NCBI GenBank assembly: GCA_013265495.1
Contig: MU058781.1
Location: forward strand, 6,848,522 to 6,912,521
From: Vicugna vicugna
Lineage: Eukaryota
Direction of reading: 5' to 3'
DNA: 64,000 nt
The notes beneath the pieces were generated by a model that worked only from the letters and a program-made list of their open reading frames with translations, was not told the DNA's origin and did not search any database. This document shows, in pieces, positions 1 to 24,223 of the stretch. Numbering within the stretch: position 1 is the first letter of the stretch; the number at the start of each line of letters is the position of its first letter. The translations under genes and the position numbers were made by a program.

Positions 1-303
1 AGTCAGATCTGCAACGTTCACAACAGCCATGGATAGATTATCTCCACTTTACACTCGGGGAAAAGCACCTATTGAGGACAAGCGAGTTGCTCTCTATTAC
101 CTAGAAAAGTGCCCTGCAGTTTCCAGTGGGCAGGGCTGGGTGTAAGCTCACGATGCTTGCCATCTGACTGGGAAAACACAGAGCAAAGGGGAAATTTAAA
201 TCCGAGGGGGTGAGGCAGGTGCACGTACTTCTTTTGGGTCTCCTATCACTCTGCAAAGTAGATGCTTAATACTTTAAGTAGATGCTTAAGATTACAGTAG
301 ATT

Positions 304-360
304 ACTGGAATTTGACACAACATTGTAAAATGATTATAAATCAATAAAAAACGTTAAAAA
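304..360 (+). mobile_element. Extremely 5'-truncated young L1 3' end with a 16-bp TSD
   Basis: L1-type tail (TGACACAACATTGTAAAATG...AATAAAAAA) flanked by perfect AAGATTACAGTAGATT at 288-303 and 361-376. Confidence 0.8.
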
Positions 361-559
361 AAGATTACAGTAGATTTTAAAATGAATTTAAGTGTGAAGG
401 AAGGGATTGTTATACGACAAACCATAAAACCCACTAGGTGAATTTGTGTCATGTCAGAGGTGGGGACATGGCTGGGAAAGTCTTCCAGAGAGATTTGGAT
501 GAAATAAGAAAGCTGTTAGCTAATAATAATTACTATAGAACTTTCTCCACACCTGCCCT

Positions 560-750
560 CTTTAAAGTGGTTTCCATAGGTTATCTTATTTAAACCTCTT
601 GACAATCCTATAAGGGTATGTTATTTTCATCACCCCTTTTCTACAAAAGAGCATGTAGAGGCTAAGTTTCTTGCCCAGAGTCATGGCCAGGAAGTGGCCA
701 GGCTGGGATTTGAGCCAGGCGGTTTGACAGCAGAGCCCACACTGTTAATT
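560..750. mobile_element. MIR SINE relic
   Basis: Resembles the MIR core (cttgcccagagtca...ctgggatttgagccaggcggtttgac). Confidence 0.6.
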
Positions 751-858
751 ACCCGAGTTGTCTTCAAACTTGGTAAATATCTGGGTCTCATCCCGGAAAG
801 ATTGACTTGTCCAGGATGTGGTCTGGGCAGCTGGGATTTTTAAGAGCTCCCAAGTGGA

Positions 859-1026
859 GGGGGAAGGGTATATAGCTCAAGTGGTAGGGTGCATGCTTAG
901 CATACAAAAGGTCCTGGGTTCAATCCCAGGGCCCTCCCTAAAAATAAATAAACCTAATTACCTCCTCCCCCCACCAAAATAAAAATAAATAAAAATAAAA
1001 TATTAAAAAACACAATTTTAAAAAAA
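859..1026 (+). mobile_element. tRNA-derived SINE (camelid vic-1-like), inserted into a MER5-like element (~760-1072)
   Basis: A-box/B-box head (TAGCTCAAGTGGTAG...GGTTCAATCCC), AAATAAACCTAATTACCTCC tail, degenerate TSD. Confidence 0.85.
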
Positions 1027-1574
1027 TCTCCCAAGGGGATTATAATCTGCAGCCAAGTTTGAGAACCACTGAGATACAACAGTCCCTCAAATTATACCAG
1101 GTTAAATTCTATCAACCCCAGACAATACGGAAAGCACAGAGAATCTACCATGTGTTCAAAAACTTCAAACAGAAGAATCACTGTGGTACTTGCAGGCTCT
1201 CGTTTTCAGGAGTCCTTCCTCAATGTCTCACGTGAACACTGTCTTTGGCAAAAGCACATATCCGATCATTGCTCCTCATTTAGAGATAATGACCGTCATC
1301 TTTCACCCTCTTATTTGCTAGACTTCTGAGAAAATGGGATTTTTATCCCATTAAATCCCCCAGAGGAAGCATTAATGTAAGACAAGAAGAAACATGTTCT
1401 TATCTAGTGTTACAGGATTCAAAGATTATCTGTGTATTGGAACACAATAACCAACTTAATGTTAGTAAGACTTAATAATTTCAGACTACAATACATTTTC
1501 ATTCCAAATAGAGATTACTTTCCAAAGTAATCAGGAAATCGAAATTCCATCTAAAAATGGGATACTTTTAGAAT

Positions 1575-1875
1575 TGGTGTTATCTAGTAGAAATACAACG
1601 AGAGCCACATATATAAATTAAATTTTCTAGTGTCCCCATTTTAAAAAGTAAAAAGAAATTAGTGAAATGAATTTAATCACATATTTTAACTCAAATATCC
1701 GTAATATCCCAAATAATATGATTGTGACATGTAATCACTGCAAAAATTATTAGACATTTTTACACACTCTCTTTTTTTAGTACTAGGTAAGGTCCCGCAT
1801 GTATTTTAAACTCAGTACATCCTAATTCAGCTCAGGAACCACATGCAACTGGTGGTTACTGTGTGAACTGTGCAG
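1575..1875 (+). mobile_element. MER33-like hAT-Charlie DNA transposon relic
   Basis: Matches the recalled MER33 consensus (gagccacatat...aattttctag...aaagtaaaaagaaa). Confidence 0.7.
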
Positions 1876-4170
1876 ATCTAGACCAAGTCTGTAATATGAT
1901 ATACTGCCTTCCCAAGATGCTTTCCAGACTGATTTCACTGATGTTTGGTTTGTTTCTAACTTGGCTCTGCTCCAGCATTGTTTTCCGAAGACCCCAACTC
2001 ATCGCTGATTGTGACGGAGCTCCCACTGTCCCTTGGCGATGTTCCGCGAGCCTGAGTGTGACGCTCAGGAGAGGAGCTGGCGGGCCCAGTTCTCTTGCTG
2101 GGCTTGGCGAGACGCCCACCTTCTTTTTCTTAGTCCTTTGCTGCCCCCGTGTGGCAGTCTGTAATACTGCAGCAAGAGGCTGAAAGTGTTAAGCGAGGTA
2201 AACCACAAAGAACAAGCTGCAATAAATCCCATTTATTTAAGATTGTTTACAATCATCACTCTACCACCTGGTAGTCAGACAGCACAGTGCTTCTGGAAAG
2301 CAATGTGGCACATACACACGTAATCCGTTCTGAGAATTTGTTGTCAAGGCTCTGGTAACTTTAAAGTTAGGAAATGCTATTTTGTGGTATTTAATCGCGA
2401 GGTAAGGCTTTCTTGATTGCACAAAGCTTCAGAACTAAAAATGTAAGTTTTCGTCCTTCACAACCGGATCCCCACATTCTAGCTGGGCGTACTTGGCAAT
2501 CGTTTTCTTCAGTGTTTGCTGCCTCTCTTTGGAATTAAATTCTGTTTCAGCACTCCTGTCAACCCAGCCCACCTTCTCCCTCCCTTCTTGTCCTATTTTA
2601 CCAAGTCCACTTTCCCTTTTTATCCGGTCTTAAACTGCTCTTTATCTTCATCCCATCTTTCTTTTTCTGATGAGAGAAACTCAGTTCCAGGAGAGCAGGA
2701 ACCACACCTGGTTTTGCTTGAAGCCGTTTCCCCAGTGCTCGGCACACACCTGGGTAACAGTGGGAGCCCAACAAATGGGTGAAGACTTACGAGGATACTG
2801 CATACAGGCAGCAAGCCCCAACGTTATACCTTTCCTTTGATGGTTCCCTAGTATTTATAGGAACCATCATTCGGAAAACAGCATTTATCCAGGTCACGTG
2901 CTAAGCATTTGCTTATCTTTAAAGTCAAGGTTGAAAGGTTTCTCAAATACCTTACGGAGTGTACTCCTGATCACAACATATACACATGCTGATTAATGAA
3001 GAAATGCCGAGTCTAACTCTAACATTCTGAGTTTGCTGTGCCCAACCCTTCCTTCCCTGCAGGGGAGCCTCTCTGCCACCCTCCAATACTCTATTTACAG
3101 GGTCCTGGAAGAGCATACCCATCTCTTCCTGCGTCCACTTCGAACAAGCCCTGAGGGCTGTGGAGGCAGAGGTGTTGAAGACCAGATCTTGTGGCCAGTG
3201 GCTGAGCTCTGTGCAAAGTAGCACATGGTGAGGAGGGAAGATGGAGACCACCCCCAGCCTAGGGGGTCCCAGCAGAGGAGAGGGAGCACAGGGCTCCAGG
3301 TTGAGGGGTCTGGGGAGGGAGTTGGTGCTTGGACAGGTGGGCTGCTGGTTTGGCGAGTTGGGGAAGACATGCCGCATACACACAGTTGAGAAGGAATCCC
3401 AGAATGAGATGGGAGAGGAGGGAAGAGGAGCAAGTTGAATAGAACAGAAGCAACTCAATCTGGGCGCAGACATACAACCTTTTAACAGAGAGCAAAGACA
3501 GACAGTGGGCACTTACTGTGGGGCTGGTGAGCTCAAAGGAGCGAAAACTTGCTACCATTGCCAACCTGAATCCCTCTTGGGTTGCTCACATTTTGAGTTT
3601 CAGGTCAGCACCTCAACAGGCGGCTCTCCATCAGCAGTGCGGTTCCTTGGACTCTGACCCTCTGCGCCCTCTCCAGCTCTGCTCTCCCGCAAGGGCATCT
3701 GGTCTCCCAGTGCCCGCTCTGACCCCCTAATTCTGTGACTTGTGCCCCACGTGCTTGGCTTCAGGGGTGAGGGTTTTGGTGAGGAGGGGATGGCAGTGCA
3801 GGCTTGAATGTTTTGAGCACCAACAGAAAAATGAGCTGGAGATACACGGCAGGAAATAAGAATCTGGAGATTTCAAGGCTTCTCAAGTTCCCACACACAC
3901 ATTTGAGTAACTGAATTTTTATAATACACACTACCCTATTAACATGTGCTTAACAATCTAAATCATTTTGGTATTAGCCGAGAGGGGAACGTCTGATTTA
4001 ACAAAATGTGATTGTTAATGAAAAACAGAAGTTTTGAATCTAAAGTTTCATAAGTGAACAGACATGAATCCAGCCCTAAGAACGCTGCACTACATAAAGA
4101 CTTTATCATTTAAACAAGATTAAATTAAGAGGAAAAAACTGCCAAACTCAGAAAAAAAACTTCTAAAAGA

Positions 4171-4176
4171 TTTATT
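4171..4176 (-). terminator. TPMT: Candidate TPMT polyadenylation signal (AATAAA)
   Basis: tttatt on the + strand; the first canonical hexamer I found downstream of the stop (~600 nt). Another lies at 2232-2237. Usage is unverified. Confidence 0.35.
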
Positions 4177-4768
4177 TTTACAGTTTGGGAAAAATATTTT
4201 GTTCCATATAGATTGGTTAATTTCAATAATTTTAAAATCTGTTTCTTCATTCTGTCACATATAAAATTAGATAAGGAGGAAAAGTGTGAAAATGGGTGCT
4301 AGAATTAAGCACAATTTGAGGGTTTATAGTAAAAGTTAATGTTTTACATAATGTCTTGGATCACTGTCTTTTACCCTGAACCCTATTAAAGTGTTACATT
4401 TCCTCAATGGTTCTAAATTTCATAAAGAATGCCAATTTTTCTATGTCTATTATATTTCTTTAAGTTATATGTATTACATTACTGTTTTTTTAAAATTATA
4501 CACGTATTACATGCTAATTGTAAAAATTCTTGCAATCTGTAAGTAAGACATACAGGGATAATCTTTCACCCCCCAATCAAGCTCTCCTTTCCAAAGTATG
4601 GTTCTATTTTTTTCCCTAAAGAGTTATATGCATTTTTGACCAAAGATCTGTGATACGATTTGTGAATAATTTTTTCCCCAAAAGTCATCTATTACATTTT
4701 CGTGCCTTAGCACAATTTCCAGTTGCTCAAAAACATGTTGATATGACTTGCTTCTATTTACGTCTCAT

Positions 4769-18868
<14,100 letters not shown>

Positions 18869-19259
18869 AGTTCCGTAGATAACTTTGGCTCATAGCAAAT
18901 GCCTCCAGTGCCTAAATGGAAAATGTTTGCAATGCTGTCATTCTAAGGACATTTCAAATCTATGCATGAATGACATGAAACTCTACTATCCTCAGCAATA
19001 TGGCTTTTTAAAAAATATTTCAATATCCAAGGAAGAGCCATTAAGAAAATTACTTTTCAGTGAGTCTGATGGTAGAGGCATGTCTCATAATAACATTAGG
19101 AGAGATTTTTTAAACAAATTGAATTACATCTTAACATTGGAGTAAAAAGGTTTAAGTTTTTAAAAAAAGCACACACACATAAAAAAAGCATTCCACACTT
19201 CATAACTTTTGTAAGCTTAGAATTTCTCCTGGTATCTCACTCTAATTTTTAAAGTTTCT

Positions 19260-21590
19260 TTTAATGTTTACTTATTTTTTTAATCAATGTTATAATGTAC
19301 ACAAATCAAAGAGTTCAACAGAGTTATGAGAGCAGCAATCTCCACTCCCAATGAGGCAACCGTCTCTAACTCTTTTAGCTGAGTCCTGAAATCTAACTCC
19401 GTATTTCGAACTAGCATGCTTATTTTGTATCTTCTTAATTGATTTCTAGGTAGCATCCAGAAAGGTAAGCATTTCACCTTCCCAGCACACACACACACAC
19501 ACCACCTTCTCATTTTTTGTGTCCTTTCCATATAGACATAGCATAATTTTAAATAAATATTTGAAGTACACATTACTATGACTAGGCAAATACTATTCAC
19601 AGCTAAGCCATGTAGAATTCTAGGATTATTTTTCCTTTTCCACACAGCTTTTTATTCTGCAGGTAATAACTGTCTTGCTCTTTCATTTCCATATATTTCT
19701 TACTTATATTCTAAAATTTCTACGTATTTCTATATATTTCTTACTTATATTCTAAAATTTCTATATATTTATTACTAATTCAACTCTAAGTTCTCCCAAC
19801 TGTCTCAATCTCCTACCAGTACACTCTCGGCCTCTTCGGTTATCAGATTTCCTATCAATATCATCATCTTGGAGAACCCTCAGACCTGGATGCACTCTCC
19901 TCCTGGTACATCGCTAGCCTTCTGGGATCTTTCTTAATCACCATCCTGGAGACTTCCTTCTTATCTTTTCATGAATCCCCTACTTACTTTATTGGATATT
20001 TCCCACTTTTTGTGGTTACCACCCTTGTATTGGTGAAGTACAACCTTCAGCAGCTTTCTGAGAAAGGGTGCATGGGAGAAAAGGTTTTTTGCAACTTTGC
20101 ATGTACAAAATGTCTTCATGCTATTCCTCATCCTTAATGTATAGATTTGCTGGGTAACAATTCTTCATTAGAAAACATTTTCTCCCATTATTCTGAAGAA
20201 ATCAGTCCCTTATCTTCTAGCTTTGAGTTACTGCTTAAATTCAAAGGCATTCTCATCCTGGTATTTTCCACGTGGCCAATATTTTTCTCTCTCTCAAAGC
20301 GTTTGTCTGCCTCTCAGTTTTTGCAATTTCATAATTCTGTGCCTTATTCTGGGTCTATTTTCATCCATTTGGCCAAGTTCTTTTAATCTGTTACCTCATA
20401 TCCCTCAATTCTGGAAAAATCCTTGAATTATTCAGATAATGATTTTGTTCCCTCTTTTTTTTCCCCCTCTTTCTCGGACTCCTTTTATTTGGTTGTAGGA
20501 CATCTTGACGTAATGCTGTAAATTTCTCATACTTTTTGTATTTTTCATTATTTTGCCTTATTTTCTGAAGCCACCTAATTTTTTTCTCTCTACCTTTTCA
20601 TTTAGTTTTTCCTTTCTGCTCTCAAGTCTTTAATTCTTGAGAGCTCCTTTCTATTTCTCATGCTCTCTTTTCATATTATTTTGTTCTTATTTCATGGATG
20701 GAATGAATATGCTATTTTCTCTTATTTACCTCCATAGTCTGTCACTGAGTCACTTCTTCTGTTGGTTTTATCTTCTATCTTTCAAACTAGTGACTGTCCT
20801 CAAATGCCTAGCAATTCTAATTATCTGCTCATATTTAAGAATTAATAAAGAAAGATGATTAGAAATTTAAGTTTGTGGGTGGGGCTTATTGACTAAGCCT
20901 CACTGTAGGATGATGTGAATAGATATCATTTGGAAGCCTCAATGTTATTATCTTTATTTTCTTTGGACTGGTCAGACTTTCTATAGAGAGACCTCCCAAT
21001 TTCTGTTGAAAATTTGGGTCCTTGGGACCATGGTTCTAGACTCACATAAGAAAAGAACAAACATGGGAGAGGACCCCAGCATTCAGTGTGCCTGTGTTCA
21101 ATTAATCTCCATTTTTCAGTATGGTCTTCCATCCCCAACTGTGAACTGTGTCTTCCCAGTCCAAAGACTCTTTCCCTTCTCCAGGGACTAAACCCCTGCA
21201 AAGTCTGCTGGTGCGGTGAAGGGCAGATACTTGGTTGCAGGGACTTAAGAAGCAATCCTTTTAGTTTCAACCATACCCTTCCATCTCCCAGAGGTACCTG
21301 CTGTGGCTAATTCCTGAGCACTGGGGGATTCTATAAATGTAAAAAGAGTTGCTCATTGGCTTTCCCCATTGCTGGGTTAGAATTTAGCTGTCTTAAGTCT
21401 GCAAAATCCCTTACTACTTGTCTATCTGCTTTCTAGATTTCAAAAATTTATTGCTTTTATCTTCTCTTCGGTCGTCCCTATTCTAGCGGTTTATGCCTTT
21501 AAAAATCCTGGTGTTGTTTTGGTGGAATGGAAGGAGGGAGCAAAACTAGACGCAAGTACTCCGTATCTGATTGCTACCCCACAAGTTTGT
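19260..21590 (-). mobile_element. Old L1/HAL1-like fragments
   Basis: T-rich degenerate LINE sequence including tctgagaaagggtgcatgggag...ttgcatgtacaaaatgtctt. Confidence 0.55.
19691..19763. repeat. Tandem duplication, 41-nt period
   Basis: atatatttcttacttatattctaaaatttcta at 19691 and 19732. Confidence 0.85.
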
Positions 21591-21648
21591 ATTTTCCAAT
21601 AATTTTAGTATAGCTTCTTTTTTTTGCATGGGAAAATGTGCACAAAGA

Positions 21649-22121
21649 TGTTGACCTAAAGAAAAACACACAACATAGGAGCTGTGAGTTTCAATTTTGT
21701 TCGGAAACTTTACTTAGAACTATAGCTCGGGAAATAACTCTGAGGAACTGCTCCAAGTATATATGCTTCGTATATATGTTTTTTTTTTTTTTTTGACTGG
21801 GAAAAACATGTAGTCAAGCATACATCTTGGTAAAAGATTACTGCTAAAAACAAAGAACAGACACCTGAAGTTAATGATGTTAGTGCTTTTCTGTGTATGA
21901 GAAGATGCAAGAATCTTGGGCCATTGAAATTCTCCTGGAAGCATGCCTCTTAAGTATCCAGGGGCAATTTATCCAAAACACAGAATGCATCAGCCTCATT
22001 TTCTGAAGTCCTGAATCGCCTCAGGGCACAGCATGGGTGGGCCCTGGGCAGGGATTGCGGACTTAACCCTTGGTGTAACTGGATGAGCGACGTTGTTTTT
22101 TGTTCCTTATTTTCTTTTACA
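21649..22121 (-). mobile_element. Solo LTR, ERV1 class (MER41-like)
   Basis: TG...CA ends, 4-bp flanks AAGA/AAGG, and ctctgaggaactgctccaag / gagaagatgcaagaatc resembling artiodactyl MER41-like LTRs. Confidence 0.65.
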
Positions 22122-23460
22122 AAGGGAGCTGAGAAAAAAGGACACGTGACCATAACTGCAAATCCATCTGAAGGTATGAGAAAAATGTCCTTTCAACATG
22201 AAATTTGTAACACTAAGGAGAATACAACGCAAGAGTTCTAGCACTCCCTTTGACTCATTAGTGAAACTAATTTAGTTTGGATTACACTAGCAGGTTATTC
22301 TTGAGGAGTTAATTTAATGATTTCTCCATGAGAACAGCAAACCCCACATAAAAGCAGTTATTCAAGAAGAAGTTCTCTTTGTTGCAAAATTTGGCTTCAG
22401 TATGCTTAGGATTCAAGGTGAAGGCACCTCCTTTGGAATCTGGAGTGCAAATTCACTTCCCAGCAAACTTTTTTTAAACAAATGGCTTTTGCAAGGCCCT
22501 GCTGATGTCAGAATGTGACTCAGAGTTTTCTGAGAGGTCAGAGGTTATCTGATTACACTGGGTACAGAAAAGCAAAAGAGAGATGCAATTTTCTCATTTC
22601 CATTTTCACAGAAACTTTGGAACCTGAACTTGAGCCTTCATAAACAGTTCTCTATTTAAAACATAAGGGAAGCATAATTTTACCATCGAATGCAGGGCAA
22701 CCTGGAATTGTTCAACTCTACCTCTCTCACACAAACGACATATACAAATCAACATCATGAATATAACTTAATCACACCTTAGCTGTTCTTACAGCTTCTT
22801 AAAGTATAACTAACTTGTCCATGTCCCTTTTCTGTAGAAATCAAGTTTCTATAACAAGATACAAGTGCAAAATTGTAAGAATCAAGAAAGGCAAATTTCA
22901 CAATCATTCTTACCCATACACATAAATGGCAGATGTACTAGTTTGGTCGCCCAAGTCCTCCTTGGGTGGGCTTCCAAGTGTGGTTTCCTCGTCACTTTTC
23001 CAAAAAAAAAAAAAAAGTTTTTGCTCTAGATTTATTTTAAAATTTCGACAAATTTAAGGATAACATTCCTAAAGCGCACAAAGTTCAAGAGTATGGCTCG
23101 GTGAATTTTTCGTATGCATACACCATGTGCAATTACCACGGAGCAAGACAGAATATTTACAGCACCCCTCGCCCCCCTCCCCGCGTATCCCTCACTATTC
23201 CGGCAAGTATTTCTTTTTTTAAAAATCACTAATACCCAGCAATGCTTTGAGGTCACATCATGGACTCAGAAAGGTCATTCACTATCTGACCTCATTATTC
23301 CCCGTTCCCATTCTGCTTCCTGAGTCTCACTTCAGGGCGCGGACTGCTGGCGTGTCCGCGCTTTGTTAGGATGCCCCGTTCTGGAATCCGATCACAGGCT
23401 CACACCTAGCAAATGGTGCCATTGCTCATTCGCACCCACTCTGCGCCCGGGGGAGCCTAC

Positions 23461-23560
23461 CTCGTGCGCAGTCCTCAGCCTGTCTCTGGTTGTGCCCTGC
23501 GGTGGGCGGTACCGGTACTAGGTCTCCAGCTCAGCCTCGCCCCCGGCCCTGCCCTTCCCC
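23461..23560 (-). other. TPMT: Putative TPMT non-coding exon 1 (5' end approximate)
   Basis: Minus-strand donor CGAG|GTAGGC at 23461/23460, inside the CpG island and next to GC boxes. Confidence 0.6.
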
Positions 23561-23699
23561 CGGCGCGCAGGCCCCGCCCCCTCCCCAGGCGCCCGGGCTT
23601 GCGCAGCGGCGGAAATGGCCTGGGCGGGGCTAGCAGCGCGGCGAAAGGGAAGGCGGGGACCCTACTCCTCCCTGGTCCCGCCGGCTCCTCCCACCCCGG

Positions 23700-23860
23700 G
23701 TCACGTCGTGACAGGGGCGGAAGCGGCGGCGGCGGCGGCGGCGGCCGAGCGGGGGCTGCGGCTCGCAGCGCGGATCCTGCCGTCCTGTGCGCGCGGCGCG
23801 CGGCTCCGGAGAGGCGCCTGCAGCCCGGGGCGGCGCGCACCGTCTCGCCCGCGCTTGGAG
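23700..23860 (+). other. KDM1B: Putative KDM1B non-coding exon 1 (start approximate)
   Basis: GC-rich segment ending in donor GGAG|GTGGGG at 23860/23861. Confidence 0.55.
23723..23746 (+). repeat. (GGC)7/(GCC)7 trinucleotide repeat in the promoter / KDM1B 5' end
   Basis: gcggcggcggcggcggcggcggcc, read directly. Confidence 0.95.
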
Positions 23861-24179
23861 GTGGGGAGCACGCGGCTCCGGGGGCGGGCGTGGGGGCGGG
23901 GGCGGATTTCGGGTGACAGCTCCGCACAAAGCAGCTTGGCGAGGGTGCAGGCTCTCCTTCTGCCCCTGTGCAGCGCTTCTTGCCGGGGTGGGAGGTGGAC
24001 TTGTGCCCCAGAGGCTAGCCCTTCCTCCCCGTGTTGGAAGGGGTGCGGGGTGGGGATCCCTGCCTGAGGAAGGGGAAATTCCCGGGCTGAGGTGTTGCAG
24101 CGACGGGGTTCCCGGATTCGTCGCGGTGTTGCGGGTCACTCCTAACTCCCCCTCCCCACAATGTTTCCTTTCTGCACAG

Positions 24180-24223
24180 CGGTGCCCTCTCTCCGCGGCT
24201 CCTTGCACGCCTCCAGCGCGAAG
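24180..24223 (+). other. KDM1B: Putative KDM1B non-coding exon 2 (44 nt)
   Basis: Pyrimidine tract plus CACAG| acceptor and a strong AAG|GTGAGC donor. Confidence 0.65.

Noticed and set aside
859..935. tRNA-like sequences with A and B boxes (here and at 11 other sites)
   Set aside because: They are heads of a dispersed SINE: each is diverged and followed by a shared tail or A-run, often with a TSD. They are not functional tRNA genes.
2952..3512. 186-aa minus-strand ORF
   Set aside because: Non-ATG start, no recognisable homology, and Pro/Ser/Leu bias from a purine-skewed tract
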